Source: a virus
Direction: 5' to 3' (one strand)
Length of the DNA: 64,000 nucleotides
Virus record (IMG/VR): IMGVR_UViG_3300025030_000090
Location: 4,754 to 68,753 of that record
Of this stretch, positions 27,651-38,185 are shown one piece after another (position 1 is the stretch's first letter; each line of letters starts with the position of its first letter). The notes under the pieces were generated by a model, which did not search any database, was not told where the DNA came from, and was given only the letters and a program-made list of their open reading frames with translations. Made by a program: the position numbers and the translations under genes.

Positions 27651-29354
27651 TCAATACTCCTTTATCATGCTCTTGAATCTCTCCAAAGCGGTTTGGGTCT
27701 GTTCTCCTTCTTGGATGTTTTTTGTAGTGGCAAGATTCAAATTATTCTTGCTGGAGATAATCTTCAAATCTGGCATTTGTTGTCTGAAAATATCCCCCTC
27801 TACAGTAATTATATATACCCCATCATCATTTTTAATGGTCAAATCACCATCATCATGTTCTCTGAGAATTTTATGTCCTTTGAAAGATCTCAAAGCAACT
27901 TGTTGTTTTATTGTGGGATCTTTCTTCAGTCCCTTTTTGTCATCTTCAGAAAGCTCTATTGCGCCAGCGTCAATCGGCTCCAAAGAAAGAGAAAATAGTG
28001 GAATAAAGTTTTCTTTCGGCCCGAAAGGATCATATATGAATTTCGCTTTCTTCAGCAATTTTGGATTCTCTAAAAGAAGCTTTTGTGTTATTCTAGTTTT
28101 TATTGCCTTTCCAAGGAAGGAATTTTTTGAGGCTCTAATAATGATACTGGGATAATCTCCAGTTCTCACTAATGAAACAGTGTAATCAGAAATTCGCATT
28201 GGGTTATCAAGAACATGTTGAATTTGTTCTAATTGATAGGACTCCAATTCTTTTTCGTCGGAGTAAGGTTTTTCATCAAAATGAATTTCTGTGTTTACTT
28301 GAGTATCTTCTCCAGTTATTACGGGACTTCTTTTAGGCGCTATAGGATCGTCTTCGGATTTAATAATGAAGAAGTTGGATTTTTGATTGACTGGTGACTC
28401 GCAGTATGTCGCTTCGCACAAATCTAGTCCATTCACTACCATCACTTGTCTACCCTGCATGTTTTTGTATTCTTTCTTGGTAGCAGTTCCTGCGATAGAA
28501 TAAGATTTTATGGTTCCTTTTTCTATTTCTTTTCGCATTCTTTTCGCAATTTCTATGTCTGGTCGTACTTCACTAATCATAAAGAGTCCCTTTTCATCTA
28601 CCCCAGACTTGAATGTTTCTCCATCTTTGTTGATATATGATCTTAATAACCAACCACATTGGATGCTAGAATGACTCAATTGGTTATTGCGTGTTCTGAA
28701 TGATTTCACAAACCTTCCGAAAGCATCTTCGAGAGCTTCTGTGGTGATAAGATGATTTTCTTTGTCAACCATTTCAACACTGGCATAGCCCGCAACTACG
28801 AGAGGTTCTTGTTCTCTTCCTCGTTTTTTCCAATAGTTTTGATATTTTTTGTCTTTTGTATAACGATACAGAGTCAAAAGTTCTGCATCCGAAACTAATT
28901 CTGCACCGCCAGCTTTCTGCTCGGCATCATATAGAGCTTTGTATTCTTGTATTGCATCACCAATATCTGATGCTTTGGTAATTCCCACCATTTTGCTGAT
29001 TATGGTAAATTCTGGGTCTGAAAGAATTGGTGTGAAAAAATTCCTGTTGACCTTTCTTACTTCATTGATTGCTTCCATTCCGGAAAATTCGTCAAGTTTC
29101 TTTTTAATGTCTGCATAATTGGCAAGAGGATATAACTTTTTAGCAAAGTTTTCATCAATGTGCATCTGATGAGCACAGTTATCAATAGCTATAGCTTTCT
29201 CAAGCTGAGAAGAAACATCACAAACAGCCTTTGCGATATGTGTATTTTGTACACGAGGAATTAAATCCATATGCAAAGAGTCTATTTCTTCCGAAGAAGC
29301 CTCTTGTTTTACCAGACGTTCATATACAGACAAAAAGTGATTTATGTTCATCAT
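27651..29354 (-). CDS. HK97-type prohead protease with N- and C-terminal extensions
   Basis: VVAGYASVEMVDKENHLI, QLSHS (His), DEKGLF, KSYSIAG (Ser), EATYCESPVN. Confidence 0.82.
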   Translation of the reverse strand: MMNINHFLSVYERLVKQEASSEEIDSLHMDLIPRVQNTHIAKAVCDVSSQLEKAIAIDNCAHQMHIDENFAKKLYPLANYADIKKKLDEFSGMEAINEVRKVNRNFFTPILSDPEFTIISKMVGITKASDIGDAIQEYKALYDAEQKAGGAELVSDAELLTLYRYTKDKKYQNYWKKRGREQEPLVVAGYASVEMVDKENHLITTEALEDAFGRFVKSFRTRNNQLSHSSIQCGWLLRSYINKDGETFKSGVDEKGLFMISEVRPDIEIAKRMRKEIEKGTIKSYSIAGTATKKEYKNMQGRQVMVVNGLDLCEATYCESPVNQKSNFFIIKSEDDPIAPKRSPVITGEDTQVNTEIHFDEKPYSDEKELESYQLEQIQHVLDNPMRISDYTVSLVRTGDYPSIIIRASKNSFLGKAIKTRITQKLLLENPKLLKKAKFIYDPFGPKENFIPLFSLSLEPIDAGAIELSEDDKKGLKKDPTIKQQVALRSFKGHKILREHDDGDLTIKNDDGVYIITVEGDIFRQQMPDLKIISSKNNLNLATTKNIQEGEQTQTALERFKSMIKEY

Positions 29355-29626
29355 TCACCTAGTAATATTTTGCCTAGATCTTTAGCATCTTCTGGCCTCA
29401 AGATGAATTCTAATTTGCAATCTCTTTTTCCCATTATCAAATTGAGACAAGCTTTGAATCTAGACCAAAAAGGAAGTGGCTCTCTGTAGAAAGAGAATTC
29501 CAACAAATCCATATCTTTGTCTATGAATAGGTCCAAAGTATGTTCTACATCTAGACAATCACAAGAGAATCTATACATGCAAGTATTATCCTTGGGGCGT
29601 GTGGTGTATATTGTATCCATTTTCAA
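29351..29626 (-). CDS. hypothetical protein
   Basis: CDC...H motif; coupled ORF. Confidence 0.55.
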   Translation of the reverse strand: MKMDTIYTTRPKDNTCMYRFSCDCLDVEHTLDLFIDKDMDLLEFSFYREPLPFWSRFKACLNLIMGKRDCKLEFILRPEDAKDLGKILLGE

Positions 29627-29829
29627 ACCTTCAATTGATTCGCTATTGTAGACAACAATCTTCCCTTTATGGCTTCTGGATGGAATGGAGGATATTGCGC
29701 TCTTTTTTCCGCTTCCGAAGTTAATTCCTTGAGGTACTTTCGCATATTGGTTCTGAATTGGTTGTGAGTAGATTTTTCAGCAATTTCTTTGAGCTTGTAT
29801 CCTACTTCTGAAAGAGTTTTTCCAGTCAT
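29623..29829 (-). CDS. hypothetical protein
   Basis: coupled ORF. Confidence 0.5.
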   Translation of the reverse strand: MTGKTLSEVGYKLKEIAEKSTHNQFRTNMRKYLKELTSEAEKRAQYPPFHPEAIKGRLLSTIANQLKV

Positions 29830-30188
29830 TCTTTTGTTTTGGTCTTTCGCATTGTGGTATAAATCAAAACCTTGTCTTGATAGGCTATCAGCAATTCCTG
29901 TTACAGTATCTCTTCTGATTTCAAAAACTCCATGGTCTGCACTAACCCACCTATGAGTGCTTTCTTTCCATCTTAAATTGGGTCTCGGAGGAGGGCCAGG
30001 CGGCTGTCAAGGAGCTTCTGGAACTCCCATTGTTTTTGCAAACTCTTGTATTTTAGTCATCTCTCAAACTCATACTCTGCGCCACAATTTGGACAGAGAT
30101 ATACTTTTCTTAAATTGTCATTGTATCTGAATTCCCAAGTAGATATGTGAGATTTCTTGCTGCATTTTGGACAAATAAGATACATGTT

Positions 30189-30446
30189 TTATCGTCCTAT
30201 CAATAATAATTTCCATCCTTTGAAAAACAAAACATTAAGATCTATCAGATACCATCTATTATGCTTTTTGATGTTTTGCAAATGCTGTTTCAAATTGAAA
30301 GTTAGAGATCGTCCTCTGAATTTCCACTCTACTTTTAGGTAATATTTTTGTCCAAAAGAAATCGCGAATTTTCTTTTTGGTTCTTTCATCCACTTATAAG
30401 GATAAAGCTTTCTTCTTCTTTGGTATTCAAAGAATTTTCTTAACAT
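30189..30446 (-). CDS. basic hypothetical protein
   Basis: ORF. Confidence 0.45.
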   Translation of the reverse strand: MLRKFFEYQRRRKLYPYKWMKEPKRKFAISFGQKYYLKVEWKFRGRSLTFNLKQHLQNIKKHNRWYLIDLNVLFFKGWKLLLIGR

Positions 30447-30449
30447 TTT

Positions 30450-30632
30450 TTATCCTTTATTTGCCATATCTACTAGTTCTTCAAAGCTAATTCTGGAATC
30501 GTCGCAATTGCAATGCTCTGTACAGTTTTTACATCTTCTGCATATTTGAATATTGCAAGAGCACGGAAGAAATTTTTTGTATTCTACAGTCTCTTCATAT
30601 TCTTCCCCACAGCAAATACAGATGGAAGACAT
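30450..30632 (-). CDS. small Cys-rich protein
   Basis: multiple Cys pairs. Confidence 0.5.
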   Translation of the reverse strand: MSSICICCGEEYEETVEYKKFLPCSCNIQICRRCKNCTEHCNCDDSRISFEELVDMANKG

Positions 30633-30637
30633 GATGA

Positions 30638-31099
30638 TTATCTTTCAAGACCAATGCTGTAGAAATTCATTCCTTGCTGTATTTTGATGGCGGGATCTTT
30701 CACCCTTTCATTCCAGTCACTTGCCAGTTTATTGGCTTCTTTTTCAGAATCACAAAGCCTTGCCACTCTTCTGTATTCCTTGTCACAGACAGAGCAAAAG
30801 GTATGTACCCCATTTTTTCCAGCGGATTCACAAAGAGGTCTTATGGCATATCTATTTACTTCAATATGACCAACCCATCTGGTGTCCACGTGGATGACGT
30901 CCACTCGATGTGCCACTGGCCATGCTGGTATCTTTGGGGGTTTTTCAGAAACATAAAGGGGCGCAGGAGTAGCAGATTCTTCTTTTACTTCTGAAACTTC
31001 TTGCTTCTGTGTAGTGAATACGTCTGCATTGACTTGCATGATAGATTCAGAAGAGCTTTTTTGGCTCTTTTCCTTTTGTGTTTTCTTTGCAGGACTCAT
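30638..31099 (-). CDS. hypothetical protein
   Basis: AAGGAG RBS, coupled. Confidence 0.6.
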   Translation of the reverse strand: MSPAKKTQKEKSQKSSSESIMQVNADVFTTQKQEVSEVKEESATPAPLYVSEKPPKIPAWPVAHRVDVIHVDTRWVGHIEVNRYAIRPLCESAGKNGVHTFCSVCDKEYRRVARLCDSEKEANKLASDWNERVKDPAIKIQQGMNFYSIGLER

Positions 31100-31353
31100 T
31101 TTATGGTTTCTCCTTTGTTTTTCTTAACAGGCATTTTGATAACTACTTCGCCATATTCCAATTTAGACGGCATAACTCTAGACCATTTTTTGGCTACGAA
31201 ATCGGATCCTTTTCCGCGAATTGCTATCAGAAAATTTGCACCTGTGCCTTTTGGAAGAGCTTGTATATTCCTTATGTCTAATTTGTTGTTATATTCAATA
31301 ATTCTTTGTCCTTTCGGGACTTGTTTGACGTCCTCTTCTTTTTCTCGTATCAT
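31096..31353 (-). CDS. hypothetical protein
   Basis: coupled ORF. Confidence 0.5.
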   Translation of the reverse strand: MIREKEEDVKQVPKGQRIIEYNNKLDIRNIQALPKGTGANFLIAIRGKGSDFVAKKWSRVMPSKLEYGEVVIKMPVKKNKGETIK

Positions 31354-31394
31354 TCTAGTTAGTTGTTGAATATTTTTTCCTTTTGATGGAATTC

Positions 31395-31631
31395 CTAATT
31401 TTTCTGTTTTTTTTCTGCAAGTTTTTTATGCTCTTTTTCAGCTTCTGCTAGAACTTTGTCTTGCTTTTTGTTGTATTCTCCCCAATCAATATCACCGAAT
31501 CTTTTAGGCAAATCTTTGCCTTCAGAAAAGTATTTTTGGTGATTTTTTACAGCTACTGGGTGCTCTGAAAAACCATCATGAAAATGAAATCCTACTTTCA
31601 TTTTTTCTAGAAAATCTTTTATGCAATTCAT
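31395..31631 (-). CDS. small protein consisting mostly of the His-rich tag B
   Basis: IKDFLEKMKVGFHFHDGFSEHPVAVKNHQKYF. Confidence 0.7.
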   Translation of the reverse strand: MNCIKDFLEKMKVGFHFHDGFSEHPVAVKNHQKYFSEGKDLPKRFGDIDWGEYNKKQDKVLAEAEKEHKKLAEKKQKN

Positions 31632-31634
31632 ATT

Positions 31635-33872
31635 TTACACATTTAATGCATCATCAAATTCTGGCATAGATTTTATTGGTGGCTTGTTTTCCTTATCAAA
31701 TTCTTGTGCAAGTCGTAAGATTTCGTCTTTAGAAATGTCTCCAAGTTCTCCAGCATCTCTATCAGCCCTATTGTTTACTATTATATATTCTCTAAACTCG
31801 TTAGAATCATATTTAGGGTTTTGGCGAATGAATTTGTGGTAGAATCCATTGCTGAAGCCTGTGTGTTTTTCATGCAGCGATTTTTGAAACAATTCCAAAG
31901 CGCTTTTCTCTTCATTTTCTTCGGAATCATCTTCTTCTATTTCTTCCCAATCTTCTGGTTCTTCATCATATTGAATAGAATCAAGCCATTGGTTAAATGG
32001 AGTGTTGGATTTTACTAAAGAAGCAAACTGCGGAAACTTTGATGTGAAGATTTCTGGAGAGATATAGCTTGAAAGTGCGACAGAACGAGTGTTACCTAGC
32101 TCTTTTGAAACAATGTCCCCTATTTGGAATCTGAATTTTTTGAATTCTTTCTCGTTTGTAGGGGGTGGTAATTGTTGGATCACCTCATGGGCAATTCTCG
32201 TGCCTAGATGTGTGCGAAAATCTTTAGGAGAAAATTTGTGTCCTGAAATTCCACCCAGGTACTTTCTTACTTCATAGTCATTCACTTTGAACAATGGTTT
32301 TTCTTCATTTTTCTTTTTACGTGCAAGCAAAGCAGCTATTTTTGGGTCTTTGATTTGTTTCTGTATATGAACACCCTTTTTGCCGATGAAATCAAATGAA
32401 ATACTATCACCATTTATTTGAACATGTTTTCCTAATAAAGTAGAAACTCCATACGCTTTTACTTTGGCTAGGGTTTCATCATTGCTACCTATTCTAAACC
32501 CTGTTTTTGAGATAATATACAACACTAGCGCTTCTTCTGATTTTGATACATCTTTGGAAATTCTCTGTTCAATACGAGGAAGAACTTGGGCAAAGGCTTT
32601 CACCCTTTTGAATTTTGCGGCTGTATGCTTCTTAGAATGTTCAGCAGAATACAGATATTGCAATCTTCCTTTTGAGTCTTGTCCAATTGCTTGCAATGGG
32701 GAATTTTTGCTTTTTGCTACAAGAACATTCTGCCAGTTTGGGGGAATTCTAGAACCAGAAGGAGAAATATTTTCACCTCTCTTCTTTTGTCGCATTTCGG
32801 GATAACGATCTTGATACGGATTCACATACACAGTTCTTGTTCTTGGGAAGGTTTTTCCTTCTCTATGGACAGTTTCTTGTATTTGTTTGGGAACTAGGTT
32901 TGTATTATTTGCTTTTTTAATTTCACTAGTTTTTACTTCAATGTTTTCTATCCAGTTAGGGGGGACTCTTCTTGTCATGGCTACGTATGTCCCAAGTAAG
33001 TTATTGGTTGGATGTTTAAGCAAAATGATTTGTTCAACACTTAACTTATCGGACCAACCATATGTCATAGAATCAGGCACAAGTTGATTGATATATTGTT
33101 TAGGAACTCTGAATTTAACGATAGTTTTTATCTTAGTATTTACAAAATTGCTTGGTTCTCCTATTGAGGCAAAATTACTTTCTTCAATAAGTCCTCTAGT
33201 TTGTACTGATTCTTTTACATTTCCAGGAGATTCGTGATATAATATTATCCCATTATTAACTTCTGATATACGCCTTAATCGCCCCAAAAATGTTTTTTCA
33301 GCTGCTTCCGGTGTTCTAATATTTTCTGGAAGGCTGTTTATGAAGTTCTGGTCTATTTCATCATCAAATTCTGGTATTTTATAGGTTGTTTTTGAAGGGT
33401 CTTGATTTTTAGATCCCAAAGGTTGTCGGATATTATGTGTAGTAAAATATTTTTGGTGATCTATTACTCGTACTGGGTGTTCTGGAAAGTTATCATGTTT
33501 GTGTTTCCAGGATTCTTTTTTAATTTCTTCATTATTGCGTTGTTGTAAACTTCCAGAGTCTTTCTCCCCGCTATTTTCATCCTCAGCTTTTTCTTCTTCT
33601 CCCTTTTCTCCCATTTTGAATTCTGGTAGTAGTTCTCTGTATCTATCTGTTCCTTCATCATCTTGATCCCATAGTCCTTCTACTCGTATTTGTTGGATAT
33701 TGTCTTCGATAACCTTTTTTGCATCATTGAGTTGCATTTCTTCAGAGACAGAAATTTCGGGTGAAGAAAGTTTCTCATTTATCTCATCATCCATTGCAAT
33801 AAGCTCTTTCAGATATCGTTTTATTGCAATATCAATAGAATGGTAGTTGGCATCAATTTCGGATATAGACAT
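31635..33872 (-). CDS. polyprotein: tag B + putative ART/KptA-like domain + tag A + DNA topoisomerase IB
   Basis: TopIB catalytic set TGFRIG, FIGKKG, KDFRT, LGNT..V...SYI; upstream LYHES..GL..VPPNWI domain. Confidence 0.85.
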   Translation of the reverse strand: MSISEIDANYHSIDIAIKRYLKELIAMDDEINEKLSSPEISVSEEMQLNDAKKVIEDNIQQIRVEGLWDQDDEGTDRYRELLPEFKMGEKGEEEKAEDENSGEKDSGSLQQRNNEEIKKESWKHKHDNFPEHPVRVIDHQKYFTTHNIRQPLGSKNQDPSKTTYKIPEFDDEIDQNFINSLPENIRTPEAAEKTFLGRLRRISEVNNGIILYHESPGNVKESVQTRGLIEESNFASIGEPSNFVNTKIKTIVKFRVPKQYINQLVPDSMTYGWSDKLSVEQIILLKHPTNNLLGTYVAMTRRVPPNWIENIEVKTSEIKKANNTNLVPKQIQETVHREGKTFPRTRTVYVNPYQDRYPEMRQKKRGENISPSGSRIPPNWQNVLVAKSKNSPLQAIGQDSKGRLQYLYSAEHSKKHTAAKFKRVKAFAQVLPRIEQRISKDVSKSEEALVLYIISKTGFRIGSNDETLAKVKAYGVSTLLGKHVQINGDSISFDFIGKKGVHIQKQIKDPKIAALLARKKKNEEKPLFKVNDYEVRKYLGGISGHKFSPKDFRTHLGTRIAHEVIQQLPPPTNEKEFKKFRFQIGDIVSKELGNTRSVALSSYISPEIFTSKFPQFASLVKSNTPFNQWLDSIQYDEEPEDWEEIEEDDSEENEEKSALELFQKSLHEKHTGFSNGFYHKFIRQNPKYDSNEFREYIIVNNRADRDAGELGDISKDEILRLAQEFDKENKPPIKSMPEFDDALNV

Positions 33873-36800
33873 TATTTCTCACCCACAAATAACCCAGGAC
33901 TGCTTGCTCGCAACATTTTCATTTGTGCCATAATATCAAGAAATTTTGCTTGTTCTGTAGGGTTGTCTTCGTACATATATGTATTTACAGTCACATCACC
34001 AGTTCTTGGGGAGCGAGCAATTCTTCCTTGGGCCTGGAGAAGGACACTCGCATCTTGAGGGTTTCCTAAAATATGCAAATGGTCTCCTGTTTGCAAATTG
34101 TAGCCGCTACTAGATTTATTATCTATAAAGATAACCCTCACATCTTTGTTTCTTCTGAATTCTTCTGCTCTTGCAGCCATTTCTTCCCCAGTCATGCTGG
34201 TAGTAGAAGCGGCAAGATTTTTTACTTGACTTTGTTTCAGGCCAAGCTCTTTGATGATGTCATTCACAGAATTTCTTTGAGTCCGACTATCTATAAAAAC
34301 CACATGTTTTTTGTTTGAATCTCTTTGCAAAGCAGTTTTTAGGGCTGTAAGTTTCGAATTGGTAGCGATTGGTCCATCATCAAGATTTTCAGTATGCTCT
34401 TGTTCTATTTCTGTTCTCGCAACTTTAGTAGCATTTTGTCCTAGATTTCTTTCCCAATTTTCAGAACGATGTAGCGGGTGATTAGGATTGCTTCTTACTT
34501 CATTTATGATTTCTTGTCTTCTGGTGGCGATTTTCTCAGCACTTTCTAATTCAATTTCTTTCTGATTTTGGACCTGATAATCTGTTTTTCTAACATTAAC
34601 ATTGTTATGGTTTACTTTCCAAGGAGGGGTAGAAAGTTTATCACCACTAATAAAAGGCCTGATGGTATGAAAGAACATGGAGCTCAATCCCGTGTCTTGC
34701 GCATTTGTCCCGCTGCCAAATCCTGAGTATACTCTTTGGAATGATGCTTTGCTACCAAGAGATTTTGTTTGAGTTGCCCATTTTATCAAATCATGCGCTT
34801 CAAGGGGGATTCTTCTCGCAGGAGTGGCTGTAAGCCCGATTCTATGGTTCACAGGAAGTCGCATTATTCTTTTGCCGTATTCTCCGATGTTTCCTGATTG
34901 TCCTCTTGCTTGAAGCTCTTGTGGCTCATCAACTACAAACCCATGAAATTTTTTGTTCCCCAATTGTTCATTTGTCTGCATCTGGGTGAGCATTTCAGAA
35001 GAACGTGCAGCTTCTCTGTGGGCAATTACATATACAGTTCCTGGTTTGCTATCAAGAAGAATATCATCTACTTTGTCTCTTGCAGTCCCATCTGGGATGT
35101 ATTCTATTTTCAAATTTGTGAACTTTTCTGCCTCTGATTTCCATTGCTCTCCTCTGCCTTTAGGAACAACCACAAGCCCTTTGTAATTAGGATCATCATT
35201 CATTTTATGAGCAAAAAACCCCAAAGCAGTGTTTGTCTTTCCAGCACCCGTGACTCTGGTAATCAACCCACCTCCATTTCCTAGAGGATTTTCTGTTGAA
35301 GGTTTTGTAGTTTCCAGAAGCCAATTTATATCATTTCTTTGTTCAAGACGCCATTTGTATGGTTGAGTTACTCCTGATTCGTCAGTAAATTCTTTCTTCC
35401 ACAAAGGAACGTCAAAATTTGATACAACAAGATTTCCCTTATCATCATATTCTGAACCAGAGGTATCAGTCTTTAGTTTTTCATATTTGTCAGAGATTTC
35501 TTTGTCTTGTTGAGTTTCAGTAATTAATTTTCTAAGAGAATCAAGTCCTACTTTCACAGAAATATTATCTGGGTCAGAGTTGTCTATGGTGTGATGTTTA
35601 TCTGAAAGTTTTAATCTTTCAGCAATTGCTTCTGCATCTTTTTGGTTATTTCCGGCATAAATGTGTATTATGTCATTCTTTGCCGTTTTTAGTTTTTCCA
35701 TTTGGTCGTAAAGTGTAGCAGATGCTTGTAAAGAGCCAATTGCAGCACCTATGTTTCTTTTTTGTTCCAAGAGATTTTTCATTTCCAATGAAGAAATTTT
35801 TATCTTGTCTAGAAGTTCGCCACTTCCTTTTTGTTTTTGGATTTCATTCCATTGATCTTTGAGCATTTTGTGTCTATCAAGGGCTTTTTTTTCAGTTGAT
35901 TGCTGATTTGTAGCATTGAAGTCCCTTAATTGTTCTACTGCTCTGGCATATCCTTCAGTAGATTTTGAATTTTCATGTATTTCATAGGCAACCATAGCCG
36001 TAGCAACTTCAATATTGGAAGCATCAATAAGTCTTTTGACATCTACTGTTTTCCCTAAAAATTGCTGTGCAAGAGAGGCAAGAGCAATAGAAGCTCCGGC
36101 ATTCAAATGGAATTTTAGAGTAGTATCTATTTTCTTGTCATCTCCTATGGCATCCATCAGGCTCTTTTTGTTGTTCCAGTGTTCCGCAGCAACCTCATAA
36201 AGAGCTATAGCAGTATTGTTTCTCAACCACTGGTCATAAGATTGCGTAGTTTTTTCTTCTAATTCCTCTATAGACATATCAGATTCTATAGATACCAGGT
36301 CTTGTCTCAATTGGGCAATAGTAGAAGGGGCAGCATCTACCATAGGAACTTTCTTAATAGCTCCTTTCTTTAATTCTGCTTCTTTTCTTTTGTCCCAATA
36401 TGATTTGACAGAATTGATAGCCTTCTTCAAATCTTCTTCGGATTTCAATTCAAGTTTTTCTATAGGAGCGATTTTTATCTCTGGAGCTTTTTCATCAGGA
36501 TTAGTTGGATTTTCGCCATCTTCAAGGATATTGTCTATTTGTCTGTCCATGTGATTGGCGACAGCACTATCCAATTGATTTTGATTCAAGTCTTTCAGTT
36601 CTTCAATATTCGGCATGGAAAGTTGAACGTCGCCAATTTCTTGAAGATCTTTTGATTCTTCTTGAATTATTTGCTCTGTATTTGCTTCGGAGCCAAGTTG
36701 TGAAAGCCGCTTGCCGATTTTTGCTACTACAAGTTGTCTTTCTCTTTGGACTTTTTCGCCAACTTTTCTATTGGCTGCTACAATTTGTCTTGTGATGGTA

Positions 36801-37351
36801 TCGGTAATTCTTTTTGCTTGCTCTTTGTCTTCTACAATCTTTTCTACGTAGTTCTGAATATCATCTTTTTGTTCTAGAAGCTGCTTTTTATCTACTTTTT
36901 TGATTCCAAGTGCTTCTTTCATTTCTTCTGCAGCTTTTCTGACTTCTACTCTGGACTCTTCTTCTAGTTCTTTTTTGGCTACAATGATAGGTTCATTATA
37001 TTTTTCAGCTTCTTTTGCTGTTTCTTCTAGTTCTACATCTCGCTCTGTTTTCTTTGGAGCACCGCCAAGAACTTGATGCCGACGAGCTTCAACCTCGGGA
37101 TCGAAATGTTGCCCGCCCCCAACTATAGCTAGGAGGTTGTCAGGCCTCTTTTGAATTAAAAGTTTTCTGTGGTGGAGCGGCGACTCAGGATCAGATACTG
37201 TAATCCAAGCTGAATCACCGACAGCAAGCGATTCGGCGTCAAACTTCCCGTCCTTCATAGGTGTGGGAACTGTAGCCTTGTTAAAAGATACAAATTCTTT
37301 AGAATGCTTTTTGCTGCCTAACATTTTCAATAGTTCTAAAAGCTTACTCAT
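33872..37351 (-). CDS. large coiled-coil protein with SF2 (SNF2-like) helicase/ATPase
   Basis: VTGAGKT, VVDEPQE, LTATP, SSGYNLQ, QAQGRIAR. Confidence 0.8.
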   Translation of the reverse strand: MSKLLELLKMLGSKKHSKEFVSFNKATVPTPMKDGKFDAESLAVGDSAWITVSDPESPLHHRKLLIQKRPDNLLAIVGGGQHFDPEVEARRHQVLGGAPKKTERDVELEETAKEAEKYNEPIIVAKKELEEESRVEVRKAAEEMKEALGIKKVDKKQLLEQKDDIQNYVEKIVEDKEQAKRITDTITRQIVAANRKVGEKVQRERQLVVAKIGKRLSQLGSEANTEQIIQEESKDLQEIGDVQLSMPNIEELKDLNQNQLDSAVANHMDRQIDNILEDGENPTNPDEKAPEIKIAPIEKLELKSEEDLKKAINSVKSYWDKRKEAELKKGAIKKVPMVDAAPSTIAQLRQDLVSIESDMSIEELEEKTTQSYDQWLRNNTAIALYEVAAEHWNNKKSLMDAIGDDKKIDTTLKFHLNAGASIALASLAQQFLGKTVDVKRLIDASNIEVATAMVAYEIHENSKSTEGYARAVEQLRDFNATNQQSTEKKALDRHKMLKDQWNEIQKQKGSGELLDKIKISSLEMKNLLEQKRNIGAAIGSLQASATLYDQMEKLKTAKNDIIHIYAGNNQKDAEAIAERLKLSDKHHTIDNSDPDNISVKVGLDSLRKLITETQQDKEISDKYEKLKTDTSGSEYDDKGNLVVSNFDVPLWKKEFTDESGVTQPYKWRLEQRNDINWLLETTKPSTENPLGNGGGLITRVTGAGKTNTALGFFAHKMNDDPNYKGLVVVPKGRGEQWKSEAEKFTNLKIEYIPDGTARDKVDDILLDSKPGTVYVIAHREAARSSEMLTQMQTNEQLGNKKFHGFVVDEPQELQARGQSGNIGEYGKRIMRLPVNHRIGLTATPARRIPLEAHDLIKWATQTKSLGSKASFQRVYSGFGSGTNAQDTGLSSMFFHTIRPFISGDKLSTPPWKVNHNNVNVRKTDYQVQNQKEIELESAEKIATRRQEIINEVRSNPNHPLHRSENWERNLGQNATKVARTEIEQEHTENLDDGPIATNSKLTALKTALQRDSNKKHVVFIDSRTQRNSVNDIIKELGLKQSQVKNLAASTTSMTGEEMAARAEEFRRNKDVRVIFIDNKSSSGYNLQTGDHLHILGNPQDASVLLQAQGRIARSPRTGDVTVNTYMYEDNPTEQAKFLDIMAQMKMLRASSPGLFVGEK

Positions 37352-37818
37352 TAGCGAAATCCGATATCATTTTTCGTATTAGCTCTTCGTTTTTCAAATC
37401 ATGTTCCCAAATAATCAGAGTCCCATATCCACTTTGTTTGAATAAAGAAATTCTTTCCAGGTCTTGATTGATTTCGTCTGCTGATTTCGGAAAACAAGTT
37501 TTGCAATTGTGGAAGTAACAACCATTGAATTCAATTAGTTTCTTCTCACTTTCATTCAAAAAGTCAGGATTCTTTCTATGAATCCAAAACGATCCATCAC
37601 CTACATATTTCCATCCCGAAGTAGAATTCTTAATGATTTCTAACAACTTAATTTCTGCGGAATTTGGATGTATAGAAGCGTTTTTGAGAGCTTTCTCGCA
37701 GCGTATATTTCTTTCTGAATCGCTCAATCTATCCCAACTCTTTTATTTTTCGTTTAGATCTTGGAAATATCGTTTCTCCACACCCACAAGCACAATATTT
37801 TATTTCCATGTTACTCAT
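37344..37818 (-). pseudogene. degenerate Vsr/DUF559-type homing endonuclease
   Basis: PDF..IEFNGCYFH..C..C, LIIWEHDL at 37344-37727; N-terminal CACGCG part (ATG 37818) is out of frame. Confidence 0.65.
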
Positions 37819-37885
37819 ATTCAAATCCTAGGAACCCAATTGTCTGGTTCGGGAAGTTTTGGGTCTTGAAAAAAATTCTTTTAGT

Positions 37886-38185
37886 TTATTCATCCTCTAT
37901 TTTCTCTGGATAATCTGCTTTTACATAAGTTCCATAAAGACAAAAATGAAGATTTTCTACAAGTTCTCTTCCGTCTTTCAAGGAAAGTCTCTTTCCTCTA
38001 GATCCATCTTTTTCTATTTTTACCAGCCCACGTTTTAGCATTTCTTCCAACGTTTCTGTGTATTCACCAACAATAGATATCTTATCTGTTTTGCTATCCC
38101 ACTCTACATTAGCGATTTCGCTATCATGGACATTGTATACTTTGGAAATGATTTTCATTGTTGTACCCTGTATCCTATATTCCAA
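37886..38185 (-). CDS. hypothetical protein overlapping the kinase 3' end (possible inhibitor)
   Basis: likely start MKIISKV overlaps the kinase stop. Confidence 0.55.
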   Translation of the reverse strand: MEYRIQGTTMKIISKVYNVHDSEIANVEWDSKTDKISIVGEYTETLEEMLKRGLVKIEKDGSRGKRLSLKDGRELVENLHFCLYGTYVKADYPEKIEDE

